Translations under genes and position numbers: made by a program
Part shown: positions 1-12,876 of the stretch, one piece after another
Layout of the letters: each line of letters starts with the position of its first letter
Numbering within the stretch: position 1 is the first letter of the stretch
Notes under the pieces: model-generated
Databases searched by the model: none
Told to the model about the DNA's origin: nothing
Seen by the model: the letters and a program-made list of their open reading frames with translations, nothing else
NCBI RefSeq assembly: GCF_963676685.1
Contig: NC_092355.1
Location: forward strand, 50,096,001 to 50,160,000
DNA length: 64,000 nucleotides
Reading direction: 5' to 3'
Origin: Mytilus edulis
Taxonomy: Eukaryota

Positions 1-519
1 TAAAAACGCTCAATTCTCTGGTTTTGTTGGATTGATACACACCTTCAAAAATTTGAAGGCTGAAATTTCATTGACTGATGTAATATATACAAGGACAGAA
101 AATAAAATGACGTGTTGTCAGATCCTTGTATCCAAAGCTTAAACAGATGATATGTACATTTTATATTAATAAATAAATGTGTTAGACACCGACTCTAGTT
201 TGAGGGAAGGAGCACGTGTATTTCCTTGTTCGAAATTAATAAAAAAAAAAAAGAAACAAGGTTTTTTTTTTTTAAGTTTCATCATTATTGTTTTATTTTT
301 TCCTCATTTTAAATGGAAACAAACTATTTCGCTTCCCTTCTGAAATAGATAAAATCTATTTCAAGAAATTTAGAATCAAACATTTACAAAACAACTTGCC
401 CCCCCCCCCCCCTCACATAAAAAAAATGGTCGGTACGTTAGCCCTGTTTAATTGAGTATAAAGTGTATACTAGTATATGAGCGGCTTCCCACGAAACCTT
501 TTATATTGCGGGTTACTGC

Positions 520-895
520 ATGTCTAGTGGTGGTACTTTCGTCGTAGCATGTTCGCCTTGAATGAGAGAGGTCGTGGGTCGAACCGCGACCGGGTCAAAC
601 CAAAGACTTTAAAATTCATATTTACATGCTGCTTCCCAGCTTATCATATAAGCTGGCAGGATTAAGGATTCAGAGCAAAAACTGGTCGGCTCGGAATCAC
701 AAAATTGTGTCCGGGTAAGGTGATATAAATGTTTTCCTTCTGAATGCTACCTTTTGAACTAGCATGTTAAAATATCCGGCTCAGGGTGTCAGTCTAGTAC
801 AAAACAGGGTTAATATTCATATCACATTAATATGTTCTTGTACGAATATGCACATATCAATTTCCCGCTGGACCTCAAGAATCCACCCATAATCA
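520..895 (+). mobile_element. tRNA-derived SINE, MetaSINE/MESC-like, degenerate
   Basis: B-box-like GGTCGAACC followed by GGTCAAACCAAAGACTTTAAAATT...TGCTGCTTC...GAGCAAAAACTGGTCGGCTCGGAATCA, resembling the central domain of molluscan Meta/MESC SINEs; boundaries approximate. Confidence 0.6.
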
Positions 896-1009
896 TCTAT
901 AGTTGCAACTGTGAAATATATGCACAAAAACATGAGAAAAAGCTGCACGTAAATGTAATGCACCGAGTTCAGGTTCATTCCATATCTCCTTTAATCCATT
1001 TCGGGTGAA

Positions 1010-1440
1010 AGGGCTGAGCGCTCGGTGGTCGAGTGGTTACATTGTCATTTCGGGGCCTTTTATAGCTGAATATGCGGTATGGGCTTTGATCATTGTTGAA
1101 GGCCGTACGGTGATGTATAATTGTTAATTTCTGTGTCATTTTGACCTCTTGTGGAGAGTTTTCTCTTTAGCAGTCATACCACATCTTCTTGTTTATAAGT
1201 AGTCGAACTGCTGTATCACTAGCATGTCAACGCTTATGTGTGCAATTTCAAATCCAGCACGTGACAGGTCAGCTCGATTCCAATCTTAATTAACCAGAAT
1301 TGTCTGTTTTCCAAACGTAGGTCAGGGGGTCTCTCCGGGCACTTCGACGATCTTCGACTTTCACCACTAAAATAAACTCACCGCCACGAAATAGCATGAA
1401 AGTGTTGAAAGTGGCGCTAAATAACAGTCAATCAATCATC
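1010..1440 (+). mobile_element. tRNA-derived SINE, V-SINE-like, interrupted by another repeat at ~1040-1195
   Basis: A-box-like GGTGGTCGAGTGG head, V-domain-like TCTCTCCGGGCACTTCG, tail GAAAGTGGCGCTAAATAACAGTCAATCAATC. Confidence 0.55.
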
Positions 1441-1589
1441 AAAGTCTCACAAAGTCTATGTATGACATCAGTATACAGAGATAAAAATAATAACTATTTA
1501 CAGTATATACAAAACAAGAGAGAGAGAGGTTTCAAAATTACTAAGCCAGCTGAAGGACAAACGCACGTGTTTATATATTTTTTTATAAA

Positions 1590-1965
1590 CGAACAAGCTG
1601 AAGTTGACATTTTACAGAAATCTTATACATCCTTCCTGTTTTCAAGTTTTCGTACATGGCTTAAAGCCTTATCGGATAAATGTCTTTTGTCATTTTAAAA
1701 TTTCACGTTTTAGTAACAACAATTCCCAAATAGTTAAATTGTTTTATCATCCCAATGTAAGTATCATTGTAAGAAAATCGGAGATTTTTTGGCTTCCGTC
1801 CAAAAATAAATCCCACTAAGACTTTAATTTTGTCAACTTTCCTTTCAAGTTCCAAGCCTAACAATAATCATGGAAACATTGAGTTGAGTCTGCAGGTCCT
1901 GTGCTGTTTCAGACAACAACACCGTGTCATCTGCAAACAATATAACAAAACACTTAAGATATATT
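1590..1965 (-). pseudogene. degraded non-LTR retrotransposon RT fragment
   Basis: Minus strand reads ...VILFADDTVLLSETAQDLQTQL... then ...FNYLGIVV...DKALK with stops and frameshifts; FADD is the catalytic RT motif. Confidence 0.75.
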
Positions 1966-3831
1966 TCTTATTCTCTTTCCAGACCTTCTGGTATAGTTCT
2001 GTTAAGTCCTTGTCGAACACCATTGTCACAAGCAAGCAAAGTATTCCGAATGATAATTACTACCGTGTATCATCGGTACAGCGGATATAACATTGTAGGT
2101 ACTTCGAAGCGTGAAAACCTATATACCGTACATTCATTTAACTATGCACCGTACAGAAGGATTCATGTGGTCAGCTATACACAACGCTTCTTGTCGGAAT
2201 AAAATATCGAAAAATAACATATTTACAAAATATTTCAATGCCAATTATTGAACCAGCTATACTTATAACGCACAAACAGTGGCCTTCTTTCAGAAAAAGA
2301 GTTGCAATGAATATAGAATCATATCGGATGAGACGAGCGCCAACTTCTTTGACAAGTATGTGCACATGTTTTTAGTAAGGGTTCTTGTTTTGGGCAAGTA
2401 GTGAGACTTCTCTAGTCACCAACCTACGACCAAATCATTTCTTAAAACAACAAATATGTTTAGATTGAAGTACATAATGATATAATGTAAACAAAACAAA
2501 GATTTTCGTACCGTGTCAGAAGAAAAATCGATCACGACACCTTGGTTAGTACCTATATCCGCTGTACCGATGATACACGGAGATGCCAGCGAGTGGACAA
2601 GTGTTGAAACAAAGAGTGATGACACAGTAATAAGTTGGACACAGTAATGACAAAGTTAATGCTTTTTATTCTATTTTTTTAAAGAGACTAAAAAGAGGAA
2701 CAAAATGCAAAAGACGGGCGTCACCCCATTCATCTCGGTTGGAAAACAAAAATATTAAATACCCTAAATTGGGAAAAGTGTGGCAAAGTGTGATTTTCAG
2801 TGGGTTTTTTTCCCTTTTAACTCAATAACTGTATCGTCTACGTAAAATTCGTTGCCATTACCAAAAAGGATCAAAATAAGTACCACAATGGGGAAAATCC
2901 GATGTAATCGGACGAAAAATTAAATCTAAAACACGTACTTCATCAGGAATCAACCCCTTGTTTCTCAGAAATCGTTGACGCTACTCCAAATCTGTTGACA
3001 TACTAGTATTCATGTTTCAGAATTTTATTAGCAATTAGAAAAATCTCCATTAAAACAAGTTGAAAATAAACAATCTGTATAGCCAGATTACGATTAAAAG
3101 TAAAAAACACTACATGTAAACGTCATATCACAAATATTTCCGACTTGATAGGGTTTAAGAGGAGTTGCGGCTCAACGAAATCGGTCTCTTCCTTTAGTAG
3201 CATAGATTATATGATATACTAGATTTAATATCATTGTACATAAACAAAATTATTCAATACTACAGTATCTTACCATTTACAGATTAATATTATTCAATAA
3301 CATTTTATAAAACAAACCATCTCGCCATATTATGCATCAGTAGATAATTTTATAGCTATTGTTATGAAATATTTTTGAAACAGACTGTGATTTCAATGGT
3401 GTCTTTTGCAATGAATATTAATAAGCAGATGTGGTATGAGAGCCACTGAGACAACTCCCCATCCAAGTCATAATTTGTAAGAGGAAACAATTATAGGTCA
3501 CAGTACGACCTTCAACACGGAGCCTATGCTTAAACCGAATAGCAAGCTATAAAAGGCTCTTAAATTTGTTATCAATTTCTCCACAGCCGGGAATTTCTTC
3601 AACTAGCTCCTGTATTAACTGATCTTAATAATCTTTAACCGAAATGTTTGAAACGCTGATTTTGTTAAATTGCTTTGTCTCATTTTCCCTATAAATTGCA
3701 CTTTCAATAGCGATATCGATAGACACACACTTGAGCCGGGTTAATAGTTAACAGAAGCAGATCGGAATCAGTTATGAAGTAAACAGTAATCATTCTAATC
3801 GTAATCATGTTCATTGACCATAACGACGATG

Positions 3832-4417
3832 AAAGCACATTATATAATGACGTTTCGACATCATATAATGAAGTAAACCTAACCACATAATATAAGATTA
3901 CAAGCACATAATATAAAGATGTTTGCACGTAATAAAAGGGAAACAGCACATCATATAAGGATATGTACACACCTTATAAGGATATTTGCACATCATATAA
4001 GTATATTTGCACATCATATAAGGATCTTTGCACATAATATACGTACATTTGCACATCATATAATAATGTTTGCACATCATACAAGAATGTTTGCACATCA
4101 TATAAGTATATTTGCACATCATATAAGTATATTTGCACATCATATAAGTATATATGCACATCATTTAAGTATGTTTGCACATAATATAATGATGTTTGCA
4201 CATCATATAATGATATGTGCACATCATATAAGGATATTTGCATTTCATATAAAGGTGTTTGCACATCACATAAAGGTGTTTGCACATCATATAATGACAA
4301 GTGCACATCATATAAAGGTAAAAGCACAGCATATAAAGGTAAATGCACATCATATAAAGGTAAATGCACATCATATAAAGGTAAATACACATCATATAAA
4401 GGTAAATGCATATCATA
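3832..4417. repeat. 21-bp minisatellite (consensus ~TTTGCACATCATATAAGGATA)
   Basis: About 27 tandem units visible directly; explains the repetitive ORFs in several frames. Confidence 0.9.
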
Positions 4418-4666
4418 AAATGAAAATGGTCATAACAAGACAGTGTTGGCGTTCCATAGATATAGGAAGCTGGAATATGAATATTGATGAGACAATTCTC
4501 CATCCAAGTCGCAATTTGTAAAAGAAAAACTATTATAGGTCAATGTATGTTCTTTAACACGGAGCCTTGGCTCACACCGAACAGTAAGCAACAAAGGGCC
4601 CGAAAATGACTTGACTGTGTATTTTTTTTTTATAAATCAAGATATAAAAAACCTATACATGATAAT

Positions 4667-4872
4667 TGAGGGGCGAAAGATACAAAAGGAACAGTCCAAC
4701 GCATAGATAAAAAAATTACAACCCTATGGCTAAAAAATAAAAAAATAAATAGGCAAATAATAGTACACAAGAATCAACATAGAAAACTAAAGACTAAGCA
4801 ACACGAAACTCACCAAAAACTAGGGGTGATTTCAGGTGCTGCGGACATGTAAGCAGATCCTTCCCCACATGT
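4667..4872 (+). repeat. dispersed repeat family (GAGGGACGAAAGATACC... type); other copies ~51133-51363 (+), ~54190-54290 (-), ~56572-56795 (-)
   Basis: Same sequence recurs at least four times in the window in both orientations. Confidence 0.75.
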
Positions 4873-4986
4873 AAACTACATGTAAACAGATAGACTACTT
4901 ACATCGCCGGCACTTTTTCTTTTATGTCACTATAGAAACTTATAAACCTAATTACACAATTAATTAATATTTTTTTTTGTAAATAG

Positions 4987-6363
4987 TTTGATGTAGACGG
5001 CATATGCCTTGGACGACTGTTTGAAAGAAAGATACGATTAATGGCCTCAATAAAGTCACCTACTAAGTTGTCAAGAAGCATGATAGAAGAAATACTTACC
5101 ATTATAGCATGGTCGTTTAGTGATGACATTTCGGCGACTAACTTCAAATATCAATACAATGTAGAAAAGAAGGACTATGTGTTATATATACAAATATCTG
5201 GTGACTTGATAAATGAGCAATCATATGAGGAGGGGTTAAACATCGAAAAACAAATTGGTAAAGCACAGTGGCTAATACGTGTTTCTCCTCGAAATGGATT
5301 TACCTTTCAAGTAAATGTAGTGGGTGTAACAAAAGAACAAGGTGTTGACATACAGCTTTCGGAAGCTACCGTCAAGAATAAATTGAACCAATTTAAAGTT
5401 AACCAAAATGACAGCTTCGAAAAGAAATTATGTGCTAATAGTATTATTGAATGTGAAATATCGAATGACGTTGAAAATCCAAGAACAGTCATCACCGAAT
5501 TTGCTTGTGTTGATTTCATCGAACAACAACCAATTCTTTTCAGCACGAATATAAATATGAATGTTATAACATATACAGGTATGGGAATTTCTGTGATTGC
5601 ATTGACAGCATCTTTACTTGTTTATAGAAGGTTGGGTATGCACAGGAGTATCCCCGGTTCAAATGTAGAAAACCTTACAATTGCTCTGTTAATTTCAGAT
5701 ATAATATTCATGTTAGGAATAGGGGCTAATGATCTCTCTTTGGTTTGCTATAGTGTTGGAGTTGCACTCCATTATCTTTGGCTGGTAGTGTTTTCATTTA
5801 AATGTATTGCTTTGATTCACATGTGTCACTCTTTTACAAAATTGTCACTTATTTCTGGAGATATTGAGGTCGGAATGTTTTCTAAAAGGCCCTTTTTCAC
5901 ATTGCTCGGTCTCCTTCTCCCATGTTTATTTGTTGTACCAGCAGTCTTGATTGACTTTTTGGAGGTTGATGGTGTGAGTATTAATTACAGTGGGTCTATT
6001 TGTTTTCCAACGGGTTATCCAGGTAACTTGATATTTGTTTCTGCTCCTATAGGGCTGGCTGTCGTTATCAATATTACATGTCTGTTGTGTATTGCAGTTG
6101 TGATAACAAAACAGTCATTGGGAATACGCCACATTCGAAGATCAAATTCGTTCCAGTACCTCCCAGTGTTTGTGCGTATTAGTCTTGTGACAGGTATGCT
6201 ATGGATTTCAGGACTGCTCGGAGCCATTGTCCAAAATGAAGCAATTGAATACTTGTTTGTCATATGTTGTAGTTTCCAGGGACTGTTTATTGCCTTCGGA
6301 AACTTGACTACAAAACGTATTTTCCGTGAACTACGGAAACGTAAGCAACCATTAATCAAGTAA
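4987..6363 (+). CDS. last coding exon of a class B (secretin/adhesion/Methuselah-like) 7TM GPCR; upstream exon(s) lie outside the window
   Basis: Polypyrimidine + AG acceptor at 4985-4986, in frame with ORF 5041-6363; seven hydrophobic segments with class-B motifs (C...GVALHYLWLVVF, GLLLP, CSFQGLFI); paralogous exon at 63399. Confidence 0.9.
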   Translation, partial: FDVDGICLGRLFERKIRLMASIKSPTKLSRSMIEEILTIIAWSFSDDISATNFKYQYNVEKKDYVLYIQISGDLINEQSYEEGLNIEKQIGKAQWLIRVSPRNGFTFQVNVVGVTKEQGVDIQLSEATVKNKLNQFKVNQNDSFEKKLCANSIIECEISNDVENPRTVITEFACVDFIEQQPILFSTNINMNVITYTGMGISVIALTASLLVYRRLGMHRSIPGSNVENLTIALLISDIIFMLGIGANDLSLVCYSVGVALHYLWLVVFSFKCIALIHMCHSFTKLSLISGDIEVGMFSKRPFFTLLGLLLPCLFVVPAVLIDFLEVDGVSINYSGSICFPTGYPGNLIFVSAPIGLAVVINITCLLCIAVVITKQSLGIRHIRRSNSFQYLPVFVRISLVTGMLWISGLLGAIVQNEAIEYLFVICCSFQGLFIAFGNLTTKRIFRELRKRKQPLIK

Positions 6364-7704
6364 AAGGTATGATAAACACGGGAAGATAGTTTTCCCTGTT
6401 TTTTATTTATGATTTTATTTTAGTCTTTTATTCCAATGTTTCTATTCTGTATTTTTGCCTATTATTATTATTCGTTATATTTAACATGTTTAAGGAACCC
6501 TGTTTTTATTACTCTTAATTTTTGGTCTATTCTTCGTAGTTGTGTCTTGTAAAAATCTTTTTAATGCTTTTTTTAATTTCTTCATTTGAAATAAGTAATT
6601 GGTATATTTCTTCACGCTAAAACTGTTTTTCTTGTCGCTTAACTAGTCTTCATATTGCAAAATTAATCTTCTTGTTTCTTCTATTCACCAATTAGTGAAA
6701 TCCAAATTTTATATAAACTTAACAATACGTATTATAATATATTTAAAACAGCATATTCAACTGGAGAAAAGTCATGTTCACCGCTTTATGTGTCATGTGT
6801 TCAACATGTCAAATTGTAATAAAATAATTGATATACAATTGGTTTTGGCAACTCATTAAAATTAACCACATCGTTGATTTTATTCGGAATATGGTACATT
6901 TGTGTAATAAAGGTAACAAATTAATAATAAAAAAAAAAAATCGAAAAAAGGGACCTACTCCGACCTTCAATAGATTTACCAAAGAAATTCTATTATTATG
7001 TTTCTATGCTGGCCTGATATCACACAAGACAAGGCTGGACACCATCACGAATTGGTTGATCCATATAATGTCTCTTTAACCAAACTAGCTAAGGACATTT
7101 TTACCACATGGTAGATTGTGGTTTGTCATTATGTCGTCTAATCTTTTAATTACCAAACGTGACTTATTCCCGATTGTGACCGTTTTGCTGAATGTGAATT
7201 CGCATTACTATAAGACGTGTTTCTGTACTTGTTTATCCCAAATTCATGTATTTAGTTTACATGTTTAATGTTATATTTGTAATTCTCATCAGATTTTGTC
7301 AAATGGGTTGACGTCTTCTTATTATATATTTAGGTATGACGTATAGAAAAATTAACCACCTCCTCTTTATTAATTATATTAAATTTTGTACGATTATTTA
7401 CGTTTGAAGTTGGATTCATAACAAACTGGACATATATATATTACAGTTAATTGCTATTAATAAGTATTGCAATATGCATTTTGTTTAAATGAATTATCAG
7501 TATTTAGTTCTAAATCAATCCTAATTCTATCTCATTTTTGAATGATAGTTTTTCATATGTGACGTCATGCTGTTTCTAAATTTCATAAATTCAAATGTGG
7601 CATAACGTTTCTGCCTTTTCGCCATCGTATGTGACGTCACAATTTTTTTTAATTACGTTGACGCTTGGACTGATTCGGATGTGTGTCTATTTTGTGATAA
7701 ACTT

Positions 7705-8240
7705 GGGTTTAGTTTTCTGTAATTAGTTAATATTTCAGTTTCATTATGTATATCTCTTTCATATTCATTTGTTAACATTTACTGTTTGCAATAGCATTAA
7801 GTATTCTATATAATAAGGATGTTCTTATCCCGTGCATAAAAACAATGCCGTATTTGTCAAAACCTTTTCAACTTTTAATCTTCAGTGCTGTACAACTTTG
7901 TACCTTTTTCACGTTCGATCTTTTATATCTAGGCGTTATGTATTCAGGTTTAGTTTTCTGTAATTAGTTAATACTTTAGTTTCTTTGTGTATATCTCTTT
8001 CATATTCATTTGATAAAATTTACTGTTTGCAATAGCATGAATTGTTCTATATAATAAGAATGTTCTTATCCCGGGCATAAAAACAATGCCGTATTTTGCG
8101 AAACCTTTTCAACTTTTGATCTTCACTGCTGTACAACTTTGTACTTTTTTCACTTTCGATCTTTTATATCTGGGCGTCACTGGTGAGTCTTGTGTGGGCA
8201 AGGCGCGTTTTTGGCGTATTGAATTTTAAACCTGATGCTT
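7705..8240 (+). repeat. partial tandem (~240 bp) copies of a retrozyme-related repeat ending in a decayed hammerhead-like motif
   Basis: 7705-7937 is repeated at 7948-8177; CGTCACTGGTGAGTCTTGTGTGGGCAAGGCGCGTTTTTGGCG at ~8175-8216 aligns with the hammerhead at 60633-60672 but has core mutations. Confidence 0.55.
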
Positions 8241-9139
8241 TTTGTTATCTATTAATCATGTTTTTCTGTGTCTAATATGTTCTCCTATTTATTTGTATTG
8301 TAGTCCTGTAATATTATGTTGTCATTTCAATGTTATATTTAACTTTGCCATTAAAGTGCGAGGTTTGGCATGCCTTAAAACCAGGTTCAACCCACCACTT
8401 TTATTCCCCTTTAAAAGTGTCCTGTACCAAGTCAGGAAGATGGTCATTGTTATATATTGTTCGTTTCTCTTTGTGTTGCATTTTAACGTTGAGTCGTTTG
8501 TGTTTTCTCTTATTTTTGAGATATTGAGATAAGACGTGGCACGGTACTTGTCTATCCCAAATTCATGTATTTGGTTTTCATGTTACATTTGTTATTCTCG
8601 TGGTGTTTTGTCTGATGATTGGTCTGTTTCTGTGTGTGTTGCGTTTCGATGTTGTGTCGTTGTTCTCCTCTTATATTTAATGCGTTTCGCTCGGTTTTGG
8701 TTTGTTACCCCGATTTTGTTTTTTGTCCATGGATTTATGAGTTTTGAACAGCGGTATACTACTGTTGCCTTTAAGTAACTATTCTAACTTTTAGGTTCTC
8801 CTGCCCTATTTGTTTATTATGTCTATAATTTAATCTATTTTTGTTTTAAGAAATTTAATTAGTATAGATGTTTCCCAGACTATATTTGTATATTCAAATA
8901 TTAGTCTTACAACAGAAAAAATATAGTTTTTGTATTTTTAACCTTTTTTGGTTTAAAATAAACATAAAATGTATCTAACTACGTCAATCATTTTGTCAAT
9001 TGAGGATACACTTTCTTTAAGGATGTTTGGTCCTCTGTTTCAAAAAAAGAAGCTTGAATATAAGACTCCTGCTCTGTATCCAATGAAATTTATCTTTGGA
9101 ATTGTGAGGTTCAAATGTCTTGAAATATAAATATATATA

Positions 9140-10071
9140 TTTATACTACAATCGTTCTATTTGAGCAGTCAAAATGCTTTGACTTCGGTGTTGACATGAA
9201 TATCAATTATATGGTCATTTTTATAAATTTCCTGTTTACAAAACTTTGGATTTATAAAAAAACTAAGGATTTTCTGACCCCAGGAGTAGATTACCTGAGC
9301 CGTATTTGGCACAACGTTTTGGAAATTTGGGTCCTCAATGCTCTTCAACTTTGTATTTGTTTGGCTTTTTAACGGTTTTGATCTGAGCGTCACTGGTGCG
9401 TTTTATGTAGACGAAACGCGCGTCTGATGTATTAAATTATAATCCTGGTAATTTGATAACTATGTGACTGTATATTTCTTTGTCATATACAGTCACTGAC
9501 CCGATATCACTTTTCCTCATGAATATTTAAATAGAAGAAGACGAAATTATATTTAATTATTCATACGACCTTCTCAACCTGTTCTTGTTTCCAATGTATA
9601 CAATAATGCGTGGAACGACTCAAACTTGTTTCTTCACAATTTTTGGTAACACATATTTCACTTGGTAATATTTTTTGTTTACAACATATACATCAGTATT
9701 TTTTTTATGTTTATTACTGATATTTTAGTCCATACTCGAACAAATTCGTTCACAATCGATTGCGGGTTTCAACAAGTAATGTACATTTCATAGTGCTGTA
9801 TATTTTTCCGCCTGCATAATATGAGGCCTTTTTAAAGGGGAATTTTCCCAAAAATGTAAATCAAATAAATAACATCAACACAAAAAAATTGAAAACGTTT
9901 TTTTAAGATTGCAGTATAAAGACAATAATAGTGCATTGACTTGCCATATCAACGATAAAAGGATTCGGCACCAAATGGGGAAAAGCTCGGCAGAGCCTCG
10001 CATTTCCCCATGTCTAAGCCTCATCCTTATATCGTTGTTATATCAAGTCAATGCACTATTATTGTCTGTAT
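9140..10071 (+). mobile_element. non-autonomous foldback element, Crypton-like, copy 1 (interrupted by a retrozyme)
   Basis: Inverted homolog at 51757-52399; ~146-nt hairpin 9921-10066 with GCTCGGCAGAGCCTCGC in the loop; Crypton assignment is inference from the loop motif. Confidence 0.6.
9178..9464 (+). mobile_element. retrozyme copy with degenerate type I hammerhead
   Basis: Absent from the homologous element near 52355; contains CGTCA-CTGGTGC-GTTTTATGTAGAC-GAAA-CGCGC-GTC-TGATG (core CUGAUGA mutated). Confidence 0.75.
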
Positions 10072-10558
10072 ATATATCTTTGTCAACAGGACAAGTTAAT
10101 ATTTTGTCAATTTTTTTTGAAAATTAAAGGAGTCAAATCTATACTAGCCAAAGTGTCGAGTACCGCTCAATTTCACTAAATCTTGTCTTATCTATTTATG
10201 AGTTTCAATATTTATTTCCTAATGGTATGTAAAATAGTGTTTGTTGTTATATGTGTTTCAATAAATATAAATAAAGGATACAAGATGAAATAAGTTTCGT
10301 TCTTGTTTATTACCATGTATAAGAATAGTTTTATGCAAGATCCCATCTTAAGTACCCAGATATTTTCGCTACGCTTATGGTAGACTTAGTTAGAAAGGCC
10401 CACTAGTAGAGATTGTTGCAAGATCCTCGATCTTTTTACCTCAGGTATACATGTTGGTCTTCAAATGGGTATGACGCGTATGAATTTTTTATGGACCGAT
10501 CCAAACATGATATTTCAATAAATCGTTGTCAAAGCCTATCCCAGCACCCCAACTCCAT

Positions 10559-10711
10559 AGATCATAAGGTGTTTCGAACATCTATTTAGACCAATTAGAA
10601 TTAACTAATTGACCATGGCCATGTCCATCGTCAGGAGCCCAAGCCATTGCATAGTGACACTTATTATAAAAATACTGTAATTTTTATTAGGGGCTCGACA
10701 CCTCATGATCT
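10559..10711 (-). ncRNA. type III hammerhead ribozyme (unit B copy 1)
   Basis: Minus strand: AGATCATGAGGT-GTC-GAGCCC...GGGCTC-CTGACGA-T-GGACAT...ATGTTC-GAAAC-ACCTTATGATCT; stem III 14 bp, stem I 6 bp, stem II 6 bp, full catalytic core; predicted cleavage between 10697 and 10696. Confidence 0.9.
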
Positions 10712-10803
10712 GTTTTATATTTTTCTATACTCTTTATCTACTTAACTTTGTTTATCAATTTAACGAACAAAGTTTAGAAACTATTTTCATAATCTGCAAC
10801 ATA

Positions 10804-11422
10804 TCAATTACCCAGAGTTGCTGATGTTACTGTGTCTTTCAAGTTTTTATGCATACGGAAAGCAAACAGAGGTCTTTTATCAAATAAAATAAAATGTTTG
10901 CCTCTTCGTCATCCTTCAATGTATCCCATTGATTTAAGATATTGTTCTTTACGTGTGATTTCTGTCTTGAAAACACTGTTGAGAATACCAAGGGAGGCCA
11001 CTGTAATACAGATTTGGGCTTTACCATTAATGTGTCTTTTCTTTGTTTTGCAGTCACTTCCTGCATAACCGGTTCATATCCAGATTTTGTTAAAAAAGGG
11101 ATGACGTTTAAAAATTTCACCCTTGTCAAAATGATATTTACATCTTAGTTTTCTTGCAAATTCATTGAAATCTGATGCAATACTAGATTTTGCAAATTTG
11201 GTCGAGGGAGACGGTAGATATTTTAATCCTATACTGAGTAACAAAATCTCATCGTCTTTTATTTTTTCAGTGGTGAATATTTTAACATATTCACGTGCTT
11301 TTTCAATTGATTTTTTTCCTCTTGAGAGAGCGAATCTATATCTTTCTATTTTCTGATAGAAGGCCTTTTTCATGATAGCCTTTTTTGTTTTTTTCGCTCT
11401 CTTAAAGTGTCTGTTAGCCATG
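10804..11422 (-). pseudogene. internally deleted PLE ORF (N-terminus fused to C-terminus, RT core missing, two frameshifts), copy 1
   Basis: MANRHF...LLSIGLKYLPSP...DFNEFARKLRCKY...HPF /fs/ TKSGYEP...PPLVFSTVFS...WDTLKDDEEANILF /fs/ DKRPLFAFRMHKNLKDTVTSATLGN*; aligns by eye with both ends of the 649-aa unit A protein. Confidence 0.85.
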
Positions 11423-12631
11423 CTTACAGATCGGAGGAAATCGCCAGAAGGCAGTGTGCAATTCATTTCTTGATGTTATATTGATTCTTTATCAAGCCTG
11501 TATGAACTCACCAACCAATCAGATATCAGTTACTCATTAGGAAACTAAATAAGGGGAAGAGGAGAACATCCCTCCTAGACATTGCAACCAATCACCATTC
11601 ATTGCTTTATAAACTAACACGTTTACCAGATGCATTTTGACAATTTGACTTTTTAATTTATCAGACAATCAAAAAGCATACATTTTTGTTTTGCAAATCT
11701 CAGCACTTTCTTATCAACTTATTCCTCTCACTAAAAATCTCTGACGTATTGGTTTTTACATTTACTTTCCTTGTATTATCATGTATGTATTACAACTTTA
11801 ACATGAAATTGACATAATTAATCAACCCTTTAACCTTTCGGTATAGATATTTTTCCAATTTAATATCTATTTTGACAGAAATGAAAAACACATTATCAAT
11901 GCACTATTGCTATTGCCGATAATAACCGTTGCATTTAATTATAACGTATTAATTATGACCACTTATCGTAAACAAATATCAAAAATTATCTTTGATGGTT
12001 TTATTTCTCAACTTTAAATAAAGATATATTTGTAAACATTTGTTTATCATCATAATTACATTGGGTTCATTGATAAACTAACCTTCTTTGTTCTGCTCTA
12101 TCAATTATCTATAAATTAAGCGTAACTCAAGAACTGATAAGATATTACACTTTTATTTACACACTTTACAGCTGTTTGTCAAAAAACATCACTAACGAAG
12201 TGTATAGGCACACGTTACATGTTTTATCTTCTTCCAATGACTTATCTGATGTTACACAGTTCAGTTAAATCATATCCATCGCTAGTTGCATTTATGTAAT
12301 TCAAGTTTGTTTATAAAACTGTATAAAATATAAAGCCATAACAGATCACTTGTGGGACTGCCCTTAAAGTGTCAGATTGCAATTTGAGACGATGTGGGTA
12401 AAACCCCAATTTTTTAGCATTGCTGATGATAGATATTTCCTCCAGTGAATAAGCAAATACAGGAAATTGCAGCAGTGTTCAAAATGCACCAAATAACCAC
12501 TTTATTGTGGTACGAGGAGATCATAAAGTCAACAAGATGTCAACTAAACAATTCTCAGGCTGACAGCGTGATAATAGCTCAAATATTTCAATAAATCGTT
12601 GTCAAAGCCTATCCCAGCACCCCAACTCCAT

Positions 12632-12784
12632 AGATCATAAGGTGTTTCGAACATCTATTTAGACCAATTAGAATTAACTAATTGACCATGGCCATGTCCA
12701 TCGTCAGGAGCCCAAGCCATTGCATAGTGACACTTATTATAAAAATACTGTAATTTTTATTAGGGGCTCGACACCTCATGATCT
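12632..12784 (-). ncRNA. type III hammerhead ribozyme (unit B copy 2)
   Basis: Same sequence as 10559-10711, offset 2073. Confidence 0.9.
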
Positions 12785-12876
12785 GTTTTATATTTTTCTA
12801 TACTCTTTATCTACTTAACTTTGTTTATCAATTTAACGAACAAAGTTTAGAAACTATTTTCATAATCTGCAACATA

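Noticed and set aside
3704-4521. His-rich and other repetitive ORFs (FAHHI repeats)
   Set aside because: By-product of a 21-bp minisatellite open in several frames on both strands, inside an intron
12345-12410. Possible GIY-YIG remnant (LKCQ..CNLR..VGKT) in unit B
   Set aside because: Needs multiple frameshifts, is antisense to the B ORF and lacks downstream motifs; probably chance, and an HMM search would settle it
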